From the NCBI GenBank assembly GCA_021432655.1, contig MU271587.1, positions 1 to 41,489 on the forward strand: a stretch of 41,489 nucleotides of DNA, written 5' to 3'. The notes beneath the pieces are model-generated. The model made no database searches. It was not told the origin of the DNA and saw only the letters and a program-made list of their open reading frames with translations. A program made the translations under genes and the position numbers. Of this stretch, positions 1 through 11,325 are shown piece by piece; position 1 is the first letter of the stretch, and each line of letters starts with the position of its first letter. Source of the stretch: Atractiella rhizophila. Lineage: Eukaryota.

Positions 1-104
1 TAACCCTAACCCTAACCCTAACCCTAACCCTAACCCTAACCCTAACCCTAACCCTAACCCTAACCCTAACCCTAACCCTAACCCTAACCCTAACCTAACC
101 CTAA
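1..104. repeat. Telomeric repeat array (TAACCC)n; chromosome end
   Basis: 15 perfect TAACCC units (1-90), then a TAACC variant, TAACCC and TAA. C-rich strand at the 5' end, as expected for a left telomere. Confidence 0.98.
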
Positions 105-194
105 GAGGTAGGAACAGGAAGATGGGGGATATCCTTTAGTCATAGGAGAAAGTGTGAGCTCTTTTAGTTGTGGTGTAGGGTGACCATGGGTACG

Positions 195-219
195 CCTAAC
201 CCTAACCCTAACCCTAACC
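195..219. repeat. Interstitial telomeric tract, about 4 units
   Basis: cctaaccctaaccctaaccctaacc, same orientation as the terminal array, 90 bp inside it. Confidence 0.9.
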
Positions 220-399
220 TCGCTCAAAGAGCCATGAGCAACAATGAAATATGAATGCTTAAGGAGAAAATACGGACAGGAATATGCCCTCTAGCCTTAT
301 CCATATCTTCTTGAGGTATATCAGTCTCGTTCTTGATGAGAAGAAGAAGCTTTTGATAGCAAGTAGGCGCCTTTATGATTTTGAGCCGTCCTAAGATGG

Positions 400-824
400 T
401 GTTAGGGCTGACACTATGTGCGGTCGCCGATAGGCGATGCGTCTGTAGTGGAGGTAAACCTAAGGGAATAGTATGGCATGAGGAGACTAACCTGTAGTGG
501 AGGTAAACCTAAGAGAATACTCTGAGGTCACCACCACTACATCTCGATGTATATATACATATGTAAAAGCACTGCCATAAACTGTATCATAAGTTCTTGA
601 AACATGTAAGATAGCTAGATCAGGAAAGCAATAAAAGGAAAACTCGGAAATAAGACATACTGAGCAGTACAAGTGGGAAAAGGACAATAAAGCAATAATG
701 GAGACGGTGCAGACCGGCGAAATGTTTAAGGTTTGCTGAGCGGCGATTAGTGTGAGACAGGGAAGGCGGCGATCAGCGAGAACGTGAGCAAAGCGGCGAT
801 GGGCAGGTACGTGGCCCTATGGCA
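400..824. mobile_element. LTR-like repeat, copy 1
   Basis: Begins TGTTAGGGC and ends GCCCTATGGCA (TG...CA, imperfect inverted termini). About 400 bp are repeated at 2678-3078. Internal direct repeat GTAGTGGAGGTAAACCTAAG occurs twice. Confidence 0.65.
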
Positions 825-839
825 TGGTAAAGTAGGTCA

Positions 840-2030
840 CGTGACTTCAGATGGTGCATTTCGGTAATGCGTAGGGGCAAGCCTGACAGATGGCCTTCGA
901 GGCTGGAATAGTTGTTGTGGCTGGCTTTTGTCACTCGGCAGATGTAGTCGCAGTGATAGCACCCATAATATTTGTCTCCTTCGCTGTGACCCCTCTTGAC
1001 ACGGAGTGGGACGCGAGCTTCGTCTGGAGAGATCTGTTTGAAGAAGTAATGGACGGTTGCTCAGCGTCGAGAGCTTATCAACTGAAACACATAGGTGGTA
1101 AGAAAGAATTCCGAATGTAAAGTAAGAGCATACTTTTGACTGTTGCTTAGCGTGTATCTTGCGAGGACTAAGAGCTTTCATTGTGGACATGGGAGTAGTT
1201 GTGCCATTCTGTAAACATGTTCAGTTCATTTGACACCGCCAAATTGAAGCAACAGACCTGGCTGCGCTTCTTAGACTTCTTCATTGTTTTTGTCGGCAGC
1301 ATCTCAGCCAGCTCCCGATTTGACACCACCTCCTCCGCCTTGTCGCCATCATCATCCTTACCATCCTCCATCTCCTCATCATCGTCCTCTCTGAAGACAG
1401 CACGAAGAGGCTGCCATCACCACCAATCTCATCCACTACTAGATCTCCAACCAGGACAGTGTAGAAGTGAACAGCGACCACACATAATGAAGCCTTCTGG
1501 GTCTTTACGAGATATGAGGAAATACCATAATTTTTCTCGCTTTTGCATAATCCGTCCCAGAGAACCTTGAGGCTCCGGAGACCGTGTCGAAAACCAGATT
1601 CAGACGAAGACTGAGGACGGTATCCAGAGAACGAACGATGAAATGGGCAGTCATTGTCTTCATCCTTGCAGGAGAGCATTGCCTTGAGGTTCTCACAAGT
1701 CTTATAAAGCCAAGATGTAGCCCAATACAGAGATCAGTTAAAATTGAAGAGAGAGTTAGAGAGGAACAATGTACGTAGTCCTTATCTCGTCGTACAGTTG
1801 TGGCAGACGACATCAACACTTCAAGCTGCTCGTAACCAGGAATAGTCAAGTCCCTGGCACAAACAAAGTCAACACCACACATCATGTTGAAAGATGAAAG
1901 GACTGGCATACACTTCTCGCTCCCGCTTCTTTCTTTCTGCCTTGCTAAAAGCAGTCCCACCTTCATTATGCCTCTTCACCATATCCACCAGTTTGATCTG
2001 CCGAATTGACTTTGTTGATGCCATCGTGGT
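840..2030 (-). pseudogene. Decayed ORF with a Zn(II)2Cys6-like cysteine cluster and acidic/low-complexity tail
   Basis: ORFs 1869-2117 and 1281-1679 share one frame, broken by stops: WC*LCLCQGLDYSWLRAA*SVDVVCHNCTTR*GL. Boundaries are approximate. Confidence 0.4.
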
Positions 2031-2677
2031 CAAGGAATAGCAATGTGTTGAGGGTGACGGTGGGAGGGCTGAGCACCTTTTATAGTCATTTTGGTTGGGG
2101 TTTGGTGGTGGACACATTGATACCCAGTTATCAGGTTGAAGCCAACTTGCTTTTGTGGTTGGAATATTCTCGAGCTGGGGTTACCCAGAGAATCCGAAAC
2201 ATCTATTCATGAGGAGGCGTGGTCACGGTCGCGACTGGCATCCGATTATACAACAAGCGTAAGCACGCATGGAGACGGGTCTGTTTGGGGTGGACCTACC
2301 GTGCGTCTTGCCGTCCGTGCACAGGACGGGCGGGTAGGAGCTGGTTGATTCTGGTTCAACGTAAGTCAAAATTGGCGGGTATCCCACACGGGTGCCAAAC
2401 CCGTGACGTACCGTTGTGCATCCCTATTGTTTGGCGAGGATCCTTTACATCTGCCTTGACAGTTTCTGCATCCACCGTCTTCTCCTCGTCTGGCTTGTCC
2501 CAGTTAGGCATCAACTCTGTCCTCATCGTCAGTTTGCCTAACACACATGTCTCAACTGTTATAAATTAATTTTGCATCTTTGAATGTACTTTGTTTACTT
2601 GGAGATATATGGTAAATATGAGCCAGAGCAGTCTAAGGAAGCAAGGATTTCAATGGATAAGTGATTTAAGATGTGTC

Positions 2678-3078
2678 TGTTAGGGCAAACACTATGTGCA
2701 GTCGCCGATGGGCGATGCGTCCGTAGTGGAGGTAAACCTAAGTGAATAGTATGGCATGAGAAGACTAACCTGTAGTGGAGGTAAACCTAAGAGAATACAC
2801 TAAGGTCACCACCACTACATCTCAATGTATATATACATATGTAAAGGCACTGCCATAAACTGTAACGTATGTTGTTTCTTGAAACACGTAAGATATCTAG
2901 ATCATGAAGCAACAAAGGGAATACTCGGAAATAAGATATACTGAGTAGTACTAATGAGAAAGCATAATAAGGCGAAAATGGAGACGGTGCAGACCAGCGA
3001 AATGTATAATGTTTGCTGAGCGGCGATGCGTGTGAGAAAGGGGAAAGCGGCAGACAGTGCGGGCATGAGCAAAGCGAC
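2678..3078. mobile_element. LTR-like repeat, copy 2 (right end truncated or diverged)
   Basis: Starts TGTTAGGGC like copy 1, is colinear with 400-800 with scattered substitutions, and loses similarity after gagcaaagcg. Confidence 0.65.
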
Positions 3079-3412
3079 GTAAAAACCATGATGATGTTCA
3101 CCAAAAAACTGATGAAGGGACCTGCTGGTGCTGGGGGATTATGAAAAGTTCAGTAGATCTGATGGGATCATTCAGTTTCGTTTTCCCAGGTTGACAATGG
3201 TTGGTAGCATTAGGGTCACGCGGTCGAGCGGTGCAGACCCCAAGAAGTCACCACTTTTCCCATTACCTGAACTCGTACTGCAATAACAATCGAGGACCCT
3301 ACTTCGAATCATTATTTTCATGTAGGTCTCAAAATTACACTTGATCATCGACTGATAATGCCTTAGGGGCGACAGAAGAGCTAGAGTCAAACAGGATCAG
3401 TATCCATTGACC

Positions 3413-3809
3413 ATGGACACTCCTCCTCCTGTGGCCGCACGAACGAACGGCGGCCAACCTCCATACCTCCTTGGCTGGATACTTGACGACGACCTCCTGC
3501 TCAAGATGGGTGCCAATCATATTGACCTGGTTGATCTAGCTATCAAGTGGCGCAAAGCGAATATGTAAGTTCTACAGAGTTTCGCTTGAAGGTTATGGAA
3601 CAGATTGTAGGGAAGAACCTTTCAATTATTGGTATTGCCAGCGAAATGGCCACCAGAAAGTCATTTTGCAGATCGGAAACAGCTCGACGCAAGAATCTCT
3701 TGACCTCGCTTCGACACCCGATTATATCGACAGAGCAAAGAATGTGTATGGTATTGACATTGCACCTGCATGGTATCGACGTGAGAGGGACGCGCTCCTC
3801 ATCTTCTAG
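3413..3809 (+). CDS. Small hypothetical protein, about 116 aa, two exons (3413-3564, 3611-3809)
   Basis: A GTAAGT...TAG 46-nt intron joins MDTPPP...PPYLLGWILDDDLLLKMG...WRKAN in frame to EEPFNYWYCQRNGHQKVILQIGNSS...RAKNVYGIDIAPAWYRRERDALLIF*. Not in the ORF track. Confidence 0.55.
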
Positions 3810-5659
3810 TTGTTTGTGTGGCGTGATTGCTCAGTCATATCGCTGGTTTCTACGCGAAATCTCCGTTCTTCAATCACACATTGCGGTTGGCATTACCCTA
3901 GTGCCTTTAAACAGATCAAAAGTTGCCTATTAGTTGCACTCATTAGGACAAACACAAGCATACGAGGCCAAATTGGTGGGTTAGGGATGGTTATGAGCTT
4001 CAATTCGTGAAAATTTACTGCCGAGAGGCAGACCAAGAACCTCTTTCAGTCCAAAACCAAGCAAAGGAAGGGAAAAGATGCGACGAATTTCGGAGCACAT
4101 CCATAGATCACGATGGGCAAAAGGGGTGAGGAAGAAGGAAGAAGGGTTAAAGAATGATGAGATTGCGAGGCGCAAACCAAGTTGGATGGCGGCCACGATC
4201 GACTAGAAAGCGCGGGAGATATTGTTCCACCAACCAAACGAGTTCATTCAAAACTATTTTACACTTTTGGGCTAGTGTTAACGTTGACCAACTCCAACTC
4301 CTTGTGCGATAGGTCTGCTATAATGGTAGGAAGGGTTACAGATGAAGTCAGACCCGGAGACAAGACGGAAGGGTCAAGCAGGCGAGTTAAAGGCGAGAGA
4401 GCGCCGTGACTGCCCAGCCCGCTGGATCTCTCCCTCAGTGTCCCTCAGCTCCAAACTCACTTACTGACCATCGGGAACACAGGAGGTGTCCTCTCGCCCT
4501 TGATTCCCCTTGCCACCCGCGCTGTCCTTCCTCCGCCCATTGTCCTAGCATGACCGTACGCACCCTCGCGCCTCTTTCACAACATGGTCGTTCCGAGCGA
4601 GACGAGTGCGAGAATGAGTTAAAGAAATAAACAAGGGCAGTAACGCTGTCGGAGGACAACCCACATTCTCCAGCCTTGTTTACGTCCTGTCCCACCCTCT
4701 CACCCAACCTCTCATAATCCGTTGCACTTTCCACCAATGGCTTCCACCTTCCCTCCCCTCAAATCCATCAGAAATCGACAAGGCGGCGCGACAGGAATAT
4801 TTTAAAACGAAACAGGAGAGCAGAGTGGACAAGAAGATGGGGAACAAATCGGACACCTCCCTTCTCCTCGTGCTCGTCATTGCCCTTGTCCGTGTCTATT
4901 CGCGCTCCTTTGCTATCTTGCCTCGCCTCTCCCCGTTCTTGACCAACACTTGACCACCAGCTTTCGCGTTAACCCACAGAGTAACGTCGTGGATCTTATT
5001 TCTTATTCGTCGAAATCAGTGATGGAGAAAACGATCGCTGCTTTTCAATTTGGGAACGCCCCAGGCGTTGTATTTCCGTGAGGTTGTGAGGTTTGAGAAT
5101 TTGAGCTGCCATGCTGACGCTGATAATTTAGTCAGAGAAAAGCAAAGTACTGGAGGTGAGACTGACTCACAATCGGAGTGGAGACACGGCAGAACCTCTG
5201 TAATAATGTGCAATGTGCAGGTGAGACATCCTGTTGAGTTGTCCAATAAACGCTGAGGGGATCACATGGAGCAAACTCCAATACCAAACGAGGGTCTTGG
5301 GGGGTCTTGGGGGGGGGGGGAGCAGCATGATGATCGCTCTCATGAAGGCTCCAGGGAAACCGATGAAGCTGCGGGAGTGGGAATAGGTCGTCTGATAGAC
5401 TTAATAGCAGAGTCCGAGACGACCGTTGACTCCTAAACTGAACTTGTCATTAAGAATTACGATGAGAGTAGGAATTTGTTGCACTATGATCCTTCCTTCC
5501 CACTTAAATCGACAAATATCATGTAGAACAGACTAGTTCAATAATAAAACGAGCTGTTTGCGACAGGGCAAGGTTTTGATCAGATACGTGCATGAGGACA
5601 ACATTATTCATTTCAGAACTCCACAGCGATGTGGATGATCTCTCCTGCTTCTCCCCGTT

Positions 5660-8600
5660 TCATCGCTTCCCCTTCTTTTGCTTTGGTGTCACGACTTTGA
5701 AATTGGCATTAACGTTCCACTCCTGACTATTCTTTCTCGGTACGCCCTTCAGAGCGTCAGCCATTGTTCCCACTGTCTTCCCATTGGCGGCATTACCAGC
5801 AATAGAACTAGCTTTCGGGATCCTCGCGAGCGCGTCAGCCTTCCTTTTGGTAACAAAATCATTGGCAAATCTCCTTCCATCTAATGTCGTTGAGTTCTCG
5901 TAGACACTGTCCGAAATAATTTCCAAGTGGTAAGATGCAGGTTCTAGAGGGAAATCGAGCAGCATTTGAATGAAGTCGTCCACTGGAGAATCAAATCAAC
6001 AACCATCGCGGTTGTAGGGGAGTTGTAGGGAGTACAAACCATTAACAGTCAAACCTCTCAATGCTTCTCTGCACCATTTCAGAAACTCGGGAGAAGGTGA
6101 TGGCGTTTGCTCCCCGCTCAAAGCTGGGGTGGAAACTGGTGTGGCTTTCTTCGTCACGGAAGGCGAACTAGAGGTAGAGGAAGGTGTAGTTGGCTTGAGC
6201 GGCGCCTTCGTTGAAAGTTTCGGCCCTATACCGGGGATCACACGGTTTGGAGGGGTTTGGTTTGGAGCAGCTGAAGCATTAGTTGTTGGAGGAACTGGAC
6301 CAGTCGGTTTGGCAGGTGGCGTTTTCGCGCCGACAACTGTCCAAGAAGCATTTGCAACCTGAAATCATCGATATGAGCACAACCACATGCAGATGTGAGT
6401 GGAAAGAATGACTAGCCTTTTGGGCAGCCGTGGCTGCACTAGAAGCATAAGCACGCTGAGGCGGATTAAGTTGATTTGCGGTAGCCGCAGCCTGAGCCTG
6501 CTGAGCAGCTATCCTCTTTTTCCTCGTTTCTTCTTCCTGCTGGATTTCCATCAGACTCTTCGTCCGGTGTGGTCCAGAACCCGTCGGCTTGACCCAGCCC
6601 GCACCTCCTTTCGCATCACCACCTGACCCCCAGGTGCTCGATAACGGTAAGGACTCCGCTTCCTTTGCTAATGCAGCACGTTCAGCAGCCAACTGCTCCG
6701 CGTGCGCGTGCGCTTGAGACTGTAGCACCTGAGCCTGCCTCTCCGCTGCTTTGCGCGCTTCGGCTACCTTCGATTCAGCTTCCTGAATTTGTTTTAACGA
6801 AGGAGCGGTTCGGTCTTCCTCCTTTACCCATGGCGCAGGTTTAGGAATGGATGCAGCTAGTGCGGCTCGAGGTTGTTCGTGGAAAAAGGTAGTGCCTGAA
6901 GACTGGGCGATGCTGGAAGATTTGACTGCTTGGAACTGGGCTGGAGTGACGACGGATACCTTTCCAGACGTAACTTGTGACGGTACAAGCTCAGGAATTG
7001 GGTCTGATGGTGGTGGCGGGTCCACAACTGGCTTTGAGTGTGGCTTCACGACCACAGATTGCCACGGTCCTGATTCCTCTTCTGCTTCAAGGCGGCGCAT
7101 CGGAGCTGTGGACACTAGTCGAATCTCTTCTCTGGTCAGCGAGGGTTGCGCAACGGTGACGTCTGCTTGCTGTGGTGCAGGAGCACGTATCTGAGAGGGC
7201 ATGATGGACTCGTCTTCCTGGGCGAAATGGTGGCGCTAAGATTGGAGTGACTGTTCAAATGCGACGGGGGAAGAGTTAAGCTCATGTAAACTAGGGAATG
7301 GGGACTCGTGAATTACATCTGTACCAGTGCCAGCAAGAGGTGCAAGGCCCACACTCCCCTCTCTTTGATTCCGCTGCAAGTGAGGCAGGGGACCCAGAGG
7401 ATCGAAACTCCCGTGAGCGGGAAGTACCTGGGACCACGGTCCAGGTGGGCTCGTCATAGGTGGTGTGGATTGTTTTTGGGCCGTTAAACCCCATTCGGGG
7501 GGAAGGGCAGCAGGGGAGTGTTGAGGGAATCGATCAAATAACCCTGGCGACGTGGGACCCGTCACACCTTGCGAGTGTGTGGGATGAGAAACATGGGTTG
7601 AAGGGGATGTAGAAGCGAAAGAGTCGTTCATGGGAAGGCGAAATTGCTGATGTTGCTGAGCATATTCGCGAAGAAGATTCTGGCGTTCTCGCTCGCGCTC
7701 CTGTTGAACTGACGCGACGCCAAGGGCAGCGAGGAGATCGGCCTGCTGCCTCGAAGCGACAGATTGCTGCTGGGTCCCATATACTCCCGCTCCATTTAAC
7801 CTCTGTTGCGCTTGGGCCGCCAAAAGCGACATCTCCAGTTCCTGTACATCCCGCCATCCGCTTGACAGGCCCACACTTCCCCTCCTTATCGGCTCCAATC
7901 CTCCAGATCCCATCCATGGGTCTCCTTGCTGAAGCTCAGGAGAGAATGATTCCCTGCCGGGCAAGGGGATAGACATACTACGGCCAGGGGGAGATGTCGC
8001 CTGCTGCAGAAGAGCTTGGATCTCCTTTTGCTGTTGCTGTTGCACTTGCTGGGGTATCCCAAACGCGTCGTAACCGGCAAAGATAGAGGCAGATTGTTGT
8101 TGCCGTTGTTGCAACTGCTCTAACAAAAGATTTGACTGCCAATCCAACTCCGCTCCTCCTCGTCCTTCCATAACATTTCCACTGCGAGGCATCTCATAAA
8201 CCCCCTCTGCTACTCGCACTCCTCCTCTTCTAGTCATCGAAACTCCTTGGTCGAGCAATAGATCGCTACCTCGTCTCTCCCCTCCAACTCGCAAAGCTGC
8301 GCGCACATCCTCAATGGGAGCATTGTGCATCAGCATCATTTCTCGCCTAGCCCAGAAGTCCTCATCTGACGACCCGATCTGAATCGGCGGCACCTGCTTG
8401 AAAAACGGTTCTTCGTCGATTCCCACCCTCGCAATAAAGTCCACAAGCCGCACAAAATCTGAATCTTCTCCCAGTCTCTTCACCAGCAAATCGTCCGGAA
8501 AGTAAGAGCGCGAATACCAATCCTGCATCTGCGTTGCACTGAATGGTCCTTGCACTTGGCCCTTGGGATCGCGATACTGCCATTTCGCATTCATAGGATT

Positions 8601-10541
8601 CTGGGAATGGGGCTCTTGGGGAGGATGAGCATGTTGAAAGCCGGGTGGAGCTTTGAGTTGAGAATGGGAGGGACCAAGCAGATCGCTCGATCTCCTGCTA
8701 GTACTCGGGATCGGTTTCTCTAGAACCTGATTGTGCCCCAGGAGTCGATCCATCTCTGCCACCTCATCCGCTTCATTCAGCGATAAATTTCGGACGTCAG
8801 TTAGGAGGGCATGCTTAGAAAGGTCCAAATCGGGTTCGGGGACAGAGGAAAGGAAGGTCGAGGCTTGGAATGTCGGCTGCTGTTGACCAGATAAGGCATC
8901 GGGTTGCGGGGCTGGAAGGTACGAAGTAGAGAGCAGAGGGTCGGAGAATGGGGAGAATTGTTGTCGCGATTGGCTGGAAAGGGGAGGAGAAAAGGTAGAG
9001 GTGGGGAGAGTGGTGGAGAGCAGAGGATCGGCTACTGGGGAGATAGCAGGCAGCTCAAGGTCTTCTTTCGCTGGTGCTTCTTTGACACCTCTAGTTTCCT
9101 GTTGTTCATCTGGCGGCTTCGCTTGAACCGTCAACTCCTCTTGCTTATTCGTCGGCAAATCGTCCACCTGCTCTTCCCAGCTATTAGGTGGTTCGTCCTC
9201 AGTCCCTTTCTCATCGCCAGTCTTCTTAGCGTGTCCATTAGCCCTCTCCTTTTCTTCTCCTTTCACCTCCGGAGCTAACAAACCCAACCCTTCCCTATCA
9301 GCCTCTCCCACCGTTCTTCTCCTCCACATCGCAGGTCCCCATGCAGGCCCACTTCCTTCTTTTGCCTTCTGACTCCACTTGTTATCTACTCCCTCCTTCA
9401 AATTAGTGGCGTTTGCGGTAGGAGATGTGGGACTCTCGTCCAGAATAGATTCGCGAATGTTGAAGGATGAGGAGGTCTTGCGGTTCAGGGAAGGAGGAGG
9501 TATCGTGCCAACGCCTGAGGCGGATGGCGTGCGTCGAGGGAAGCGGGAGGATATTGTATCTTGAAGGTCGCCATTAATTCTAACCTAACAAAGAGGGAGG
9601 AGTGTAACTAACCACCACCAGCACTCTCCGATCCTCCTCTCCTCCTCCCTAAACTGAGACTTCCTACCTCCGTCCCCGTGCCGTTCCCTCCCACACCCGC
9701 TAACACTCCTCCCACAAATCCGACGCCGCTCATCCCTCCACTTTCACGCCTTCTTATTCCGATTCCAACGCCGCGCTCACGTCGATCGCCTTTGCCGGAA
9801 GGAGGGGAAATAGGAAGGGAGGGCAAGGAAGAAAGGGAGGGGAGTATCGAAGATGTGGAAGCGCTGGAGGGCATTGTCGGTCGACGCTCAGGGGTTAGGC
9901 AGGTAGAATACGTCTGGGTCCCAACGTTGTCAGTATGAGAGACAGTAATTTAGGCGTCCCAGAGTCTCAGGACTGTATCTTCTGATCTAAAGACACCACA
10001 CGATCCATACGATCATGTGGGAACCTAAGTTGTTCGCTCTTCTACCCTCTCGCTACATAACCACATCCAGTTGAAACGCTACACTGTAGACTGCAATTGG
10101 GAGATACGTAAGAGTTGCCATTCGAGGACAGAGAGCGAAGTTCTCGCGTATTCAAGCAAGACGCTGACCTTGCCACCCGTCAACAGGGTCTGACGAGGAA
10201 ACGACTCGCTCGACACTCTCGAATAATATGTTCGTTTGGACAGTTTTTCCCACAAGATCTCGCCCTCATCATGCCGCAAGGAATCAAAAGCTCACCTCTC
10301 CCTCTGGCTCATTGATTCCGATAGGTTCACCCACTCCCTCCCTCCTAACCCCAGTCACCTTCCCCTCTTCCTCGTCCTTCGCCGCCTCCTCGAAGTCTAC
10401 GGGACACCCAGACCCATAGACGCGTTCGTTGGAGAAGAGAGAAAGTATTTGGGCACGTGGGTAGTGGAAGGGCTTGGAAAGCGGTGGAGGGGTTGAGGAG
10501 GGGGATGGGGAGAGTACGGCGGAAAATGACAAAGTAGACAT
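5660..10541 (-). CDS. SMY2: GYF-domain protein, Smy2/Syh1/GIGYF family (multi-exon; in-frame TAG at 7236-7238)
   Basis: GYF domain KWQYRDPKGQVQGPFSATQMQDWYSRSYF; SLKQIQEAE and SLMEIQQEE motifs; C-terminus EFLKWC...DDFIQMLLDFP...DGRRFANDFVTKRK. Introns inferred at 9914-10295, ~9560-9612, 6359-6416 (GC donor) and ~5983-6039. Confidence 0.88.
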
Positions 10542-11325
10542 TTCGTGTGCTCTCGGTTTACGCTGTTGTTTCTTTGCTGTGAACCTCTCAAAAGGCGCGT
10601 TATGCTGTTGGCAAGCTGGCTGACTGTCGAAGATGCTCGTTGATCTGAAGAAAAATCCCCGCCTCGTGCGGCAAGTACCTTTGTTGGAGCCGAAGAGAAC
10701 CTTATCCACTTCCTTCAACGTTACACTCCAAGGAGTTGAACTTTGAGAAATCCTTCAAGCTTAGAGGACACAGAAGCGTATTGTTTTGAGGAGATACAAG
10801 TGGGTCAGTTAAATGGATAAATTATGCAAGGATAGCAGCGTCGAGTCCTCTTCAACTCACTTCCTCCGACCAGGACAAGTCAAGAAGTTCAGTGGAACTC
10901 GCATGACCCAAAGGACACTTGACTCGGACCAGGAAGAGCATGCAACGCGAGATGTCGGAGTCCAATACTATGTCTTGTAAGGGAACGATGCACATTCTAA
11001 TTTCTGCCGTCAGAAGTATATGGAGCTGTTAGCACTATCCACCTTCTTTATGCAGTGATTGTGCTGACCGTTCTATAATATTGCCGATATTACACAGTGA
11101 CGGCGGTGCAGATGCAGAAATAACGAGAAGGCCCAGGAAGGCGTTGGAAAACAACTTCAAAGTACTAAAGAATACAGAATTTGTATTGCCCCGGCCGTTG
11201 TTCCGGGTTAGAAAAAATGAACTGTTTCATCAAGTTTCATGGAATGAAAAATAAAATATTGATTGTCCTCTACGAGCAATAAAGTCGACCTCTCCCACTC
11301 AAAAGTTGACTCAAGGTATACAACG

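Noticed and set aside
444..513. 20-bp direct repeats with a spacer, superficially CRISPR-like
   Set aside because: Only two units, the spacer is conserved in the second LTR-like copy, the context is eukaryotic and there are no cas genes.
3325..3372. TPP-riboswitch-like words (cttgatc...gataatgcc)
   Set aside because: No CTGAGA element or P1-P5 pairing, and no thiamine-related gene nearby.
4000..5280. Short ORFs and purine/pyrimidine-skewed tracts; possible telomere-linked helicase or RT remnant
   Set aside because: No helicase, RT or transposase motif recognisable by eye.
9560..9612. Apparent stop and frameshift in the GYF gene
   Set aside because: Explained by a normal ~53-nt GTTAGT...CAAG intron that restores the frame.
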